Assembly (NCBI GenBank): GCA_964390845.1
Contig: CAYMIL010000003.1
Coordinates: 4,425 to 68,424, forward strand
Direction of reading: 5' to 3'
Source of the DNA: an uncultured Candidatus Saccharibacteria bacterium
Lineage (GTDB): Bacteria > Patescibacteriota > Minisyncoccia > Phycocordibacterales > CALRHW01
DNA length: 64,000 nucleotides
Every line of letters begins with the position of its first letter. Within the stretch, counting starts at the first letter, position 1. This document shows positions 1-9,013 of this stretch, piece by piece. The position numbers were made by a program, and so were the translations under genes. The notes below the pieces were generated by a model, which did no database searches, was not told the DNA's origin, and saw only the letters and a program-made list of their open reading frames with translations.

Positions 1-1
1 T

Positions 2-1363
2 GTGTATCAGGAGGTTATCCGCAAAGAGCGCAATCTTGAATATAAAGGAAAGACAGTAGAGGTTGTGCCAGATGTTCCACTCGAAGCTATTCGTCGCATC
101 GAGCAGGCTGCAAAAAATGCCGACGCTGATGTTACGGTCATCGAAATTGGTGGCACAATTGGTGAGTATCAAAACGTGCTCTTTGTCGAAGCGGCTCGTA
201 TGATGAAGGCGCGAAACCCTCGCAGTGTTGCTGTCGTGATGGTGTCGTATCTGCCGATGCCGTCGATGATCGGCGAGATGAAGACAAAGCCCACGCAACA
301 CGCGGCACGCTCACTCAACAGTGTTGGTGTGCAGGCGGATATTATTATCGCCCGCAGTCATGTGCACCTCGACCAAAAACGAAAAGAAAAAATCGCAATT
401 TTCTGCAACATTCCCGCACAGCAGGTTATTTCAGCTCCCGATGTTGAAAGTATTTACGATGTGCCTATCAATTTTGAAAAAGACAAGCTCAGCTCGCGCC
501 TCTGCGACATCCTCGACCTCAAGCCGAAAAAACGCGTTGCCGATCTCGCGCCATGGAAACAATTGCTCAAGCGCGTGCGCAACGGTTCGACAGATGTTCG
601 CATCGCAATCGTTGGAAAATATTTTGATTCTGGCAATTTCTCTCTTTCCGACGCATATATTTCTGTTATTCATGCAATAAAATTTTCCGCATACAAACTC
701 GGCGTGAAGCCGGTGATTGAATACTTAAGTGCCCGCGATTTTGAAACAGGGAAGCGTGCACTTTCAGACCTCGATGCATATGATGGTATTTTGGTGCCCG
801 GTGGTTTTGGCTCCACAGGCATAGAGGGGAAGCTGAAGGTGATTGAATACGCGCGCACAAAGGGCATTCCATACTTCGGTATTTGCTACGGCATGCAACT
901 TGCTGTCATAGAGTACGCGCGCAATGTTGCAAAACTTTCTGGTGCACACACGACCGAAGTTAACCCAAAAACTCCTTATCCAGTGATATACATCATGCCT
1001 GAGCAGAAAGAGAACCTTGCTGAAAACCGCTATGGTGGCACAATGCGCCTCGGTGCATACCCTGCGGTTCTCAAGAAAGACACCATCGCGCGTGCGGCGT
1101 ATGGCAGTGAAAAAATCTCAGAGCGTCATCGACATCGCTATGAAGTAAATCCGGCATATGTTGAAAAACTAGAAAAAGCCGGCCTTGTCTTTTCAGGTGT
1201 ATCGCCGAGTCGTACGCTTATGGAAATTGCAGAGCTTCCACGCGAAGTGCATCCATTTTTTGTCGGCGCGCAGTTTCACCCAGAATTTCAGGCGCGACCA
1301 CTTGCTCCACACCCGCTTTTTACCGCGTTTGTAGAGGCTTCACTTAAGAGGAAGAGAAAATAA
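2..1363 (+). CDS. pyrG: CTP synthase (5'-truncated by window edge)
   Basis: EIGGTIGE, KTKPTQH, GICYGMQ (glutaminase Cys), RHRHRYE and QFHPE motifs. Confidence 0.98.
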   Translation: MYQEVIRKERNLEYKGKTVEVVPDVPLEAIRRIEQAAKNADADVTVIEIGGTIGEYQNVLFVEAARMMKARNPRSVAVVMVSYLPMPSMIGEMKTKPTQHAARSLNSVGVQADIIIARSHVHLDQKRKEKIAIFCNIPAQQVISAPDVESIYDVPINFEKDKLSSRLCDILDLKPKKRVADLAPWKQLLKRVRNGSTDVRIAIVGKYFDSGNFSLSDAYISVIHAIKFSAYKLGVKPVIEYLSARDFETGKRALSDLDAYDGILVPGGFGSTGIEGKLKVIEYARTKGIPYFGICYGMQLAVIEYARNVAKLSGAHTTEVNPKTPYPVIYIMPEQKENLAENRYGGTMRLGAYPAVLKKDTIARAAYGSEKISERHRHRYEVNPAYVEKLEKAGLVFSGVSPSRTLMEIAELPREVHPFFVGAQFHPEFQARPLAPHPLFTAFVEASLKRKRK

Positions 1364-1378
1364 AGGCGTTTCAGTCTG

Positions 1379-2929
1379 TTAATACGCCTCAGGAGTCTTT
1401 TCTTTGAGGTATGAGATGAACTGATTTGAGAAGTTGAGCACGAGCTTAAACGGCGTTTCGATGATGAAGTCCATGATGAGGACAAAGACGTTGATCGATG
1501 CAAATGTCTGACTAAGCCAACGACCGGTGCGGATGATCGGCACGGTAAAGATACTTCCGATAAGTGAGAGTGCGCTGTCGCGTGTTGTGATCTTCCATCG
1601 TCGCGCATTGTATCGGATACGGAATGCGAAGTAGCTTACGAGGGCAAGGAAGAAGAGGAATATTGCGATACTGATTGCATTGAAATGGATTGCGTGGAGG
1701 CCCGCGACGATACCGCCAAAGACAACACCAAGAAGTGTGAAATATACAAGACTAAAGACGTAGGTGAGCGCTGTGTTGCCAGTGCGAATCTTTACACGTT
1801 CAACCTTTCCTTCATAAAACACTTCACGCATACCTCGTATAATAAGCTCGCTGTTTTTCTCTCCAAATGTTCCCACACCTCGTGTCGCGAGCAAGAGTAG
1901 GAGAGGGTGAAACACGATGTTGATACCAAGCGATAGGTAGCTGATGGCATTAAAGAAGATAAGCTCGTACGGCAACTCAATTCCGATTGCAAAGATTGCT
2001 TTGGTAAAGAAGAGGTAGAGCACTGCGCGGATACCGCTTGAGCGAATGCGCGCGTTTTCTTTTGCGTACTTCTCCTCAAGAAGGCCTTTTGTAAACGACT
2101 CAAGCTCTGCTTCGTTTTCGAGGATGTGCCCAGATTGTGTACCGTATTTGTGCACCAGCTCTCGGATAATCAGGAAATAGATTGTGTAATTGCGGAGGCG
2201 CTGAACAAGTTTCCATTGCACGGTGTTTTTTATCGCAGTATCGATAGCATCAACAATAGAAGACAAGCGTGCATCCACCTCCTGAATCTTTTCATCAGAG
2301 ATGTCTTTCCACTCAGGCACCATTTTAAGCCAGAGGGCATATGAGAGGGCTTCGTCGTCTGAGCGCAAAAGTGCTCGATGGCATGCGCAGTAGAGCATGA
2401 GATCTATTTCTCGCTCTGGTATGCCGGGGAGCACGATACTGCTTCGCATTGTTTCGTAAAACGCATCAACAAGGCTGTGATCGGCGGTGTGCTCAAGGGG
2501 GTGAATAGCGTGTTCGATTTCTGTCGCCGCAAAAGAGATAAGGCGTTTTCTGTCGCGACTCGAGATCTCGTTTGGCGCTTTTTCAAGACGAACAAATCGG
2601 GAGATGATTGCGTCGATAGCTCGCCCCATTTCCTCTGTAACAATTTCTTCGCCGATATACTGACCGCTTGCAAGCTCTTGCAGCAGAGAGATACCAGAGG
2701 CCTCACCACCTTCAATAACGGTTTTTCGTTTGATGATGCGCTCGAGTGCATTGCGACGCACCATGTGGTCTTCTTTGAAATCCACAAGATAGCGTACTTT
2801 CTCGTAATAGGTTGCCGCCTTGGCCACAAGGCGGTTTACATCAAAGACGGTCTTACCACTCTCGAGGGCGCCATTACCGCTAAACTCGGCCAGTTTTTGG
2901 CTGAATTTGCTCATTGGTTGAGTTAACAT
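1379..2929 (-). CDS. Hypothetical membrane protein (soluble N-terminal region, several C-terminal TM helices)
   Basis: 516-aa ORF with hydrophobic C-terminal segments; TATAAT 7 nt upstream of ATG 2929. Confidence 0.8.
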   Translation of the reverse strand: MLTQPMSKFSQKLAEFSGNGALESGKTVFDVNRLVAKAATYYEKVRYLVDFKEDHMVRRNALERIIKRKTVIEGGEASGISLLQELASGQYIGEEIVTEEMGRAIDAIISRFVRLEKAPNEISSRDRKRLISFAATEIEHAIHPLEHTADHSLVDAFYETMRSSIVLPGIPEREIDLMLYCACHRALLRSDDEALSYALWLKMVPEWKDISDEKIQEVDARLSSIVDAIDTAIKNTVQWKLVQRLRNYTIYFLIIRELVHKYGTQSGHILENEAELESFTKGLLEEKYAKENARIRSSGIRAVLYLFFTKAIFAIGIELPYELIFFNAISYLSLGINIVFHPLLLLLATRGVGTFGEKNSELIIRGMREVFYEGKVERVKIRTGNTALTYVFSLVYFTLLGVVFGGIVAGLHAIHFNAISIAIFLFFLALVSYFAFRIRYNARRWKITTRDSALSLIGSIFTVPIIRTGRWLSQTFASINVFVLIMDFIIETPFKLVLNFSNQFISYLKEKTPEAY

Positions 2930-2945
2930 AAGGGGTATTATACCA

Positions 2946-2984
2946 GAAAAAAGCCGCCTCCCTCAATAGTGTCGAGGGGGCGGC
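2946..2984 (-). terminator. Intrinsic terminator of the 2963-3589 gene
   Basis: On the minus strand GCCGCCCCCTC...GAGGGAGGCGGC hairpin followed by TTTTTTC. Confidence 0.7.
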
Positions 2985-3589
2985 TGGTCGAACCATGCGA
3001 AGAGGAGCGCGACGGCTCCAACGGTGAAGATGGCGATTTCCGCCACAAACCACGTGCTGATCAGGTACTTCCTGAGCCAGTTCTTGTCGCCGTGGCTCTT
3101 GATGCGCTCATGAAGCACTGCAGGCTCCCACGCAGTAACCCACGCCATCGGGTTTTTGTGGACATACGGCGTGTTGTATGTGTCCACAAAGAACTTGTAT
3201 GCCTTGTTGGAAAATGGCCAGAGCCATTTCACACCCCACCCAACACCAAACGAGTCGTTGACGAAGTGGGTACTGGTGCAGGCACATGCAAGCAGGGCGC
3301 TGATGATCCCTGTCCGCACCGAGCCGTCGACAACTCCGCCAAGTGCCCCCGCAACGAGCGCGAGCGCCGGCAGGAAGACGAGGGGGTAGTGGAAGAGGTC
3401 CCGGTGGTTGTGCGGGTTGTCCTTGTGGGCCGTGATGCCACCCAAGAACAGTGCGTCGAAGTCTGGAAGCACGGAGCACATGAGTGCAAGCGCGAGGAGT
3501 CCCCAGTGCGTGTGAAGGGGCACATCGAATGCGTTGCACATCACCGAGGTCCAGAGCATGGCAAAACCTAGGTCTGAAATGAACAACAT
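2963..3589 (-). CDS. Inner-membrane metal-dependent hydrolase (YdjM/YbcI-like)
   Basis: SVLPDFD, HRDLFH, THFVNDSF and GVKWLWPFS motifs; start re-assigned to ATG 3589 behind AAAGGAGG; upstream TTGACA at about 3661-3656. Confidence 0.8.
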   Translation of the reverse strand: MLFISDLGFAMLWTSVMCNAFDVPLHTHWGLLALALMCSVLPDFDALFLGGITAHKDNPHNHRDLFHYPLVFLPALALVAGALGGVVDGSVRTGIISALLACACTSTHFVNDSFGVGWGVKWLWPFSNKAYKFFVDTYNTPYVHKNPMAWVTAWEPAVLHERIKSHGDKNWLRKYLISTWFVAEIAIFTVGAVALLFAWFDQPPPRHY

Positions 3590-3715
3590 GACGCGCCTCC
3601 TTTCTCTATGGGTAATGGGCGTCTTGGAGGATAAAATATCTAAAAAAAGATTGGTTGTCAAGGAGGTATTGAATAATTGGACTTTTTGAAGTATCGTAAA
3701 GAACGTTTGAAGTAT

Positions 3716-3789
3716 TGCCGATTCGTCTAATGGTAGGACGACCGCCTCTGGAGCGGTTAATTGGGGTTCGAGTCCCTGATCGGCAGCCA
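3716..3789 (+). tRNA. tRNA-Gln(CTG), CCA encoded
   Basis: Acceptor TGCCGAT/ATCGGCA, anticodon arm ACCGC-CTCTGGA-GCGGT, T-loop GGTTCGAGTCC. Confidence 0.96.
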
Positions 3790-3840
3790 AGTCATGCGGG
3801 GTCATCGCGCTCGAGGTGCGTGAGAATGTATAATTGTTAT

Positions 3841-4152
3841 ATGGAACTACTCTGGGATATTTATGAAATACAAAGTGATGCCGACAAATTGCACGGAGTA
3901 ATGCTTCGCGGACGTATCCGTAAATTCACTATCGAGAATGACATTGTCTGTCTTGCAGAAAATGCTTCTGATAAAGAGAATGCGGTTCGCTTTGCTTTGT
4001 TGGCAAACACGGATCCAGCCAAGGTTGCGGGCATCATCCAGCAACTTATTCCTGGCTCGTCTGTATCGAAAGTGTTGGAGTCAGTAAAGAATCCGGTACT
4101 CTCAAAATTGAAAGTAAACGACCTTTCTCGCTACCCTCTTGAGAATTCTTAG
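3841..4152 (+). CDS. Hypothetical protein, possibly acylphosphatase-like fold
   Basis: TATAAT-6nt-ATG 3841; HGVMLRG...AEN pattern. Confidence 0.65.
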   Translation: MELLWDIYEIQSDADKLHGVMLRGRIRKFTIENDIVCLAENASDKENAVRFALLANTDPAKVAGIIQQLIPGSSVSKVLESVKNPVLSKLKVNDLSRYPLENS

Positions 4153-4390
4153 GTGCACGAGACGCGTTGTTTCGAACTAGGTCAAACACACCAAATGGAC
4201 TAAGCGGGGCTTGGTCGACCACGGTTCTAACACGAGACGGCCAGCTAATTTGAGATAGGCTATCGCACTCGAGATATGTCGACAGTCTTTCAGAAATCTA
4301 TAAGGTTAAGTTTCTAAAAATAGTGGAATTAGTTACATCAATCACTGTTTAGACTTAGTGGGGTCGCTGAAAGGGGTATATAATGACTGT

Positions 4391-4780
4391 ATGAAAGAGC
4401 AGGAAGATGCAATTAGAGAATATCTGACTGAGCGGGGGTGGGACCAGCTTCGTCCAGGTGATTTAGCAAAATCAATTTCAATAGAAGCAGCAGAACTTCT
4501 CGAACTTTTCCAATGGAATAATCAGAGTCTGGCTGAAGTAAAATCTGATAAAGAGAAAGTGGAGGCGATAAAGAAAGAGCTTGCAGATGTTCTAATCTAT
4601 TGCCTAGATTTGAGTGTTTTGCTTGAGCTAGACACCGCTGATATTGTTAGACAGAAACTAGAGAAAGTTAAATTGAAATATCCAGCACATCTTTTTAAGG
4701 ACAAAAACAAAGCGAAAGATGCAGAAAACGAGGGTATTTATTGGAAAATCAAAAAAGAGCATCGGATGAAGGGCGAATAA
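4391..4780 (+). CDS. MazG-like nucleotide pyrophosphohydrolase (dCTPase-like)
   Basis: RGWDQ, SISIEAAELLELFQW, ELADV, KYP motifs; TATAAT-6nt-ATG. Confidence 0.9.
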   Translation: MKEQEDAIREYLTERGWDQLRPGDLAKSISIEAAELLELFQWNNQSLAEVKSDKEKVEAIKKELADVLIYCLDLSVLLELDTADIVRQKLEKVKLKYPAHLFKDKNKAKDAENEGIYWKIKKEHRMKGE

Positions 4781-4807
4781 AGTGGCTTAAGCTAGAAAAT
4801 CTTCTAT

Positions 4808-4840
4808 AAAAAAATCAGCGCACCCTTGCGGGGTGCGCTG
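4808..4840 (-). terminator. Intrinsic terminator of the DUF218 gene
   Basis: CAGCGCACCC/GGGTGCGCTG hairpin plus T-run on the minus strand. Confidence 0.8.
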
Positions 4841-4869
4841 TGTGGCGACATTACGGTGGTTGCGCCACG

Positions 4870-5352
4870 TTACCACATCTTCGAAGAGCTGTGCGGACGA
4901 AGCAGGGCATTGAGCATCTTCACTGGCTCGATCCGCAGGTCCGCCCAATGAGCTTCCTTCCAGGAGATTCCGACCTTCACGAACTTCATTCGGGTGAGCC
5001 AAAGCCACCAGATGCGCGGGGTGTGGTACCACGTGGAAACTGCAATCGCCCGAGGGGTCTTGTAGTTGTTGTGGTACCGTGCCAGTGTGAGAAATGCATC
5101 CGTCTCACCGGCAGTGTTTCGTCCGATTGGCTCGAAAACGATGTCCACCTCCGGAACCTTCTGGTCGAGGAAGAATTGCTTCATTCCTTGACCCATGTAG
5201 ATCCCGCGCTTTTTGGCTGAAACCGTGATGAAGATCTTCTGAATCTTGCCCTTTCGGTAGAGCTCCAGAGCTTTTTCGCACCGTCCAGTCGTCTGACCAT
5301 CAATGCGTCCGTTGCACAGCTGTCCGTATCCGTAGACAAGGCCAAAGACCAT
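4870..5352 (-). CDS. YdcF/DUF218-like protein
   Basis: GRNTAGE and VSTWYHTPR resemble the DUF218 motifs; AAGGAGG SD; TTGACA-16-CATAAT promoter. Confidence 0.7.
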   Translation of the reverse strand: MVFGLVYGYGQLCNGRIDGQTTGRCEKALELYRKGKIQKIFITVSAKKRGIYMGQGMKQFFLDQKVPEVDIVFEPIGRNTAGETDAFLTLARYHNNYKTPRAIAVSTWYHTPRIWWLWLTRMKFVKVGISWKEAHWADLRIEPVKMLNALLRPHSSSKMW

Positions 5353-5460
5353 GAGTCCTCCTTCTGACGGCTATTATGCTATATTTTGGTGATATGTCAA
5401 GGTATCTCTTGAATTAGTTTGTGGGACGGGTAGTATGGGTAGGAAGGATATATTGCAGAC

Positions 5461-6177
5461 ATGCTTCACAACTTTTCACCAATTCAAAACCACATTCTCT
5501 CCAAACTTAAGAACGCACACGTTCTTCGGTATAGCGAACTGCATCCAGACAAGGTGCCCAATGATTTGTTCAACTACCATTTGCAGTATTTGGTGAAAAA
5601 AGATTTTGTGTTGAAGTCCGACGATGGCTATTCTTTGTCTGAAACAGGTATCAAACATGTTGCTGACCCGTATCCTACCAACGATGCTATTACGAGCTTG
5701 TTTAAGATAAATGTCATTACGATTGTATCGAGGGTTGTCGACGGGCGCATCGAGATTTTGAATCAGGTGAGAAAATCCAACCCATCGTATGGAAAGGTGG
5801 GTGTGATGGGTGGTGTGGTGCTCAAGGGTGAGCTCATTGAGCCCGCGGCGACACGAAAACTAAAACAAGAAACAGGTCTTGATGCGCAGTTTAGACTACT
5901 GGGTGCGGAGCGAAGAATTATGTATAAAGGTGGCGAGTTGTTTTCTGATGTGTTGTTTCCAATCGCATATGCAGATTCGTATAGCGGAGAGCTTATTGAA
6001 GACTCGGATTTTGGTCACAATATGTGGGTATCTATCGATGAGGCGCTTCGCAATGAATCATCCGAGTTTGATTCTATACACAGTATTACTACTGTGCTGA
6101 CAGCTATTAAAAACAAGGCGGTGGCAACACTCCCTGTGTTTTTCAAAGAAGAAATACAGAGCGATATAATTGAGTAA
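5461..6177 (+). CDS. Winged-helix plus NUDIX domain protein
   Basis: N-terminal LRYSEL..NDLFNYHLQYLVKKDFV wHTH pattern; degenerate Nudix box GGVVLKGELIEPAATRKLKQETGL. Confidence 0.8.
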   Translation: MLHNFSPIQNHILSKLKNAHVLRYSELHPDKVPNDLFNYHLQYLVKKDFVLKSDDGYSLSETGIKHVADPYPTNDAITSLFKINVITIVSRVVDGRIEILNQVRKSNPSYGKVGVMGGVVLKGELIEPAATRKLKQETGLDAQFRLLGAERRIMYKGGELFSDVLFPIAYADSYSGELIEDSDFGHNMWVSIDEALRNESSEFDSIHSITTVLTAIKNKAVATLPVFFKEEIQSDIIE

Positions 6178-6291
6178 TATCACCACGTAGTGGGATATGT
6201 ATCTACCGAGGACCTCCTCGCTTTTTTTGTATATACAGATGCGTAGACTAATGGATGGGATTATCAACGTAACCCTTACAAAGGAAAAGCA

Positions 6292-7122
6292 ATGAACACA
6301 CACATAAGCGAGCTTAAGACCACAGGATTCGTCATGCTGGATTATCCATCTGACCTCAGGTCTGCGGTGGAGAAGACCGTGGAGTTGTGGAAGCGTTTTT
6401 GTGCTTTGCCTGTTGAGGTGAAGAAGGGGCTTCCGTACAGCAACGGTGGCGATGGTGTCGGGTACGAACTCAAAGAAGGCATTGGCAACAAGGCCGATCG
6501 AAAGGAGAATTTCGACATCACGACGGAAGGCGAAGCGTGGTTTCTCAAGAACATCGACACAATCGAAAATCCAGTTGCGATTGAGTTTGTGAAGAGTGCC
6601 ACAGCTCTTGTTGCGGTGATGAAGCCAACAATTCTCGAGTTTGCGTCGCAGGCCGAAGCCGAGTTTGGACTCGAAGGTTTCGCGAAGGAGGTCGAGGAAA
6701 GTGAGGCTGGGTTCTTTACGAGATTTATCCACTACTTCGGTGACAGGGATGTTGGCGAAGAGACTGCGACGGCACACACGGATCAGAGCGGATTCACTCT
6801 GCATTTGTTTGAGAACGCAGAGGGTCTGCAGTGTCTGACGTATGACATGAAGTGGATAGATATGCCGGTGTCGAGCGGTAGGACGGTGATTATTCCGTCT
6901 ATGCAGATGCAACTGCGCTCACGTGGTGAGCTCACTGCGCTGTGCCACAGGGTCATCGCGACCGAACGCACTGCGCACGAGGGACGGTATTCCGCTGTCT
7001 GCTTTGTGCAGTTGAAGCGCACACCACGATACGACAAGGAAAAGGGGGGTCGACTTCAGGAAAAGGAGCCGGGCTTCAACTACGGCATGACACATGAGGA
7101 GTTCGCGACGTTGTTTAAGTAG
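6292..7122 (+). CDS. 2-oxoglutarate/Fe(II) dioxygenase (IPNS-like)
   Basis: HTD (HxD), distal HRV and RYS (RxS) motifs. Confidence 0.88.
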   Translation: MNTHISELKTTGFVMLDYPSDLRSAVEKTVELWKRFCALPVEVKKGLPYSNGGDGVGYELKEGIGNKADRKENFDITTEGEAWFLKNIDTIENPVAIEFVKSATALVAVMKPTILEFASQAEAEFGLEGFAKEVEESEAGFFTRFIHYFGDRDVGEETATAHTDQSGFTLHLFENAEGLQCLTYDMKWIDMPVSSGRTVIIPSMQMQLRSRGELTALCHRVIATERTAHEGRYSAVCFVQLKRTPRYDKEKGGRLQEKEPGFNYGMTHEEFATLFK

Positions 7123-7142
7123 AACTCATGTGTGCGTATACC

Positions 7143-7173
7143 AAGGGCGGCCGATTACTCGGCCGCCCTTTCT
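7143..7173 (+). terminator. Intrinsic terminator
   Basis: AAGGGCGGCCGA-TTAC-TCGGCCGCCCTT then TCT. Confidence 0.8.
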
Positions 7174-7205
7174 GCGTGTTTGAGAGTATTCACATTACAA
7201 ACTAT

Positions 7206-7340
7206 TCACAACTCCGCGTGTGATTGGACCGAAGAAACCAATTGCTGGAGAAATGGTGCGCGCGCCGTATGAAATGATGCTCCATATGCAGAGATTGCAA
7301 TGAATAAGGCTATAACAATAGATGAATATAGTTTATGCAT
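7206..7340 (-). CDS. Small 44-aa protein with hydrophobic N-terminus (below ORF-track cutoff)
   Basis: MHKLYSSIVIALFIAISAYGASFHTARAPFLQQLVSSVQSHAEL; TATACT-7nt-ATG. Confidence 0.5.
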   Translation of the reverse strand: MHKLYSSIVIALFIAISAYGASFHTARAPFLQQLVSSVQSHAEL

Positions 7341-7345
7341 AGCGT

Positions 7346-8173
7346 TTAGTATAACACTGAGGTGTGTGCTGAAGTAAGCTCAACAACCACAATGCGTCCG
7401 TCTGATGTGTATTTTCCAACAGTAAACGCGCCCGCCTCGTATTCTTTGACGCGCTCGACACATCCTGCGCGCACGAGGTCTGCGACGAGGCGGGCGCGCT
7501 CAGAATCTATGTTTGTATCGACGCGGTGAGAAATTTGAAATGTGAGTTGTGTAAAACCGAAACCAATATCTTTTGTCGCAGAGCCAAGCCATAGCGTTGC
7601 AGGTTCTGTGGGTGTTGGCTGTGTGTTGCTCCAAAAACGCGGGTCTGCAGGGTCGGGAAGTGTGTGCGCATGAAGTCCCCAGAAACGCACATGATGACGT
7701 CGGCGCGGACTATTACCGATTGGCTTTTCAAAACCAACATCTGCGGGACGACCAAAAAGAAGGAGTGTGCTAAACGGCGCTCGTGGATAAGGACGATTGA
7801 ATAAAAAAGCGATTGTCATGCGCCAGCCTGTACGGAGGGTGAGTCTGTCGGCAAGAAACCACCCAGCACGAGCAAACGCTTCTTCGAGTGCTTTTCGAGA
7901 ACCAATAACAGCAATGTTGACGGGGTCGCCAGGGATGCCGTCTTTTGCTCGTGTAAAGCGGGGGATTCTTCCTTTTCTCACAATGAGAAGCCAGAGCTCG
8001 ATAATGCCGGGTAGTAGAATGTATGCGAGCGCGGCGTAGGAAGAAAATAATGCAAGAAATAAAAGGAGTTGGTGGTCAAAATGGTTTGATACCACGACCG
8101 CTGAAAACCACAACAGTGCGATAGCCACAGCAAACCCGCCTATTCGCTGAAGGATACGGGCAAGAATATTCAT
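7346..8173 (-). CDS. LssY C-terminal domain membrane protein
   Basis: GDPVNI, YPRAPFSTLLLFGR, RRRHHVRFW, SHRVDTNIDSER and SDGR motifs. Confidence 0.85.
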   Translation of the reverse strand: MNILARILQRIGGFAVAIALLWFSAVVVSNHFDHQLLLFLALFSSYAALAYILLPGIIELWLLIVRKGRIPRFTRAKDGIPGDPVNIAVIGSRKALEEAFARAGWFLADRLTLRTGWRMTIAFLFNRPYPRAPFSTLLLFGRPADVGFEKPIGNSPRRRHHVRFWGLHAHTLPDPADPRFWSNTQPTPTEPATLWLGSATKDIGFGFTQLTFQISHRVDTNIDSERARLVADLVRAGCVERVKEYEAGAFTVGKYTSDGRIVVVELTSAHTSVLY

Positions 8174-8213
8174 GTGTTAATGATAGCGCAGGGTTCTCGT
8201 CTTTTGTGTGGAT

Positions 8214-8250
8214 AAGAACACCCCTCGCCGACAATGTCGACGAGGGGTGC
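8214..8250 (-). terminator. Intrinsic terminator after cmk
   Basis: CACCCCTCGTCGACA/TGTCGGCGAGGGGTG hairpin followed by TTCTT. Confidence 0.7.
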
Positions 8251-8267
8251 GGTGCCTTGGGTCTGCT

Positions 8268-8927
8268 TCACGCGATGACTTCGTGCCACAGTTTGACGAT
8301 CTCGCCGACGACTTGGTCGACGCTCATCATGGTGGTATCGATGATGATTGCTCCCCGGGCGGTGGTGAGTGGGGCACACTCGCGCTTCTTGTCTCGCTCA
8401 TCCCGTTCGATGATGGCGGTGCGGATAGCGAAGAGTGATCCCTGATGTGTGCGCCGGGCGTCGCTCGCGATTCTCATGGCACGAGTGTCTTCGCTTGCGT
8501 CCATGTAGATCTTGAGCTTCGCTTCTGGGAAGACCACGCTCCCCATGTCGCGCCCTTCAGCAACGATGCCTTGGGTGCCGACCTGGCTCTGCAGGATGTG
8601 GTTGACGTCTCGGCGCACCGCGGGAATCTTGCCGATTTCCGAGGCACGCTTGCCCATCTCCTCACTCCAGAGCCTCTGTGGCGGCTCGCTTCCGCTGATG
8701 AGCAGTTGGTCGCCGTTGAAGCTGATGCGCGTCACGTCGAAGCGTGACTGGTCCTTGTTGTGTATGGACGCGCCCTGGTTTTGCAGATACGCCGCGGCGC
8801 GATAGACCACGCCGGAGTGCAGAACACGGAAGCCGAGCTTCTGTGCGACAAGTTTGCTCACGGTGCTCTTGCCAACACCGGCGGGACCATCGATCGTGAT
8901 CACGCGTTCCTTCGGTGTCAAATTCAT
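8268..8927 (-). CDS. cmk: Cytidylate kinase
   Basis: IDGPAGVGKST P-loop, EGRDMGSVVFPEA, ERDERD and IIDTT motifs. Confidence 0.93.
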   Translation of the reverse strand: MNLTPKERVITIDGPAGVGKSTVSKLVAQKLGFRVLHSGVVYRAAAYLQNQGASIHNKDQSRFDVTRISFNGDQLLISGSEPPQRLWSEEMGKRASEIGKIPAVRRDVNHILQSQVGTQGIVAEGRDMGSVVFPEAKLKIYMDASEDTRAMRIASDARRTHQGSLFAIRTAIIERDERDKKRECAPLTTARGAIIIDTTMMSVDQVVGEIVKLWHEVIA

Positions 8928-9013
8928 GAAGTGACTCCTGTTTTTGTGGTGCGATTCTACAATCTTTGTATATCAGAATGGATGAGGAGTCAAATGTATG
9001 TATAATATGTCTC

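Noticed and set aside
3590-3805. N-terminal extension of the 2963..3805 ORF
   Set aside because: It runs antisense through tRNA-Gln and the promoter; the SD points to ATG 3589.
4153-4390. 240-nt gap as a possible ncRNA
   Set aside because: No convincing stems or known motif were visible; more likely decayed sequence plus a promoter.
8207-8215. Perfect DnaA box TGTGGATAA
   Set aside because: A single isolated 9-mer with no cluster or unwinding element.
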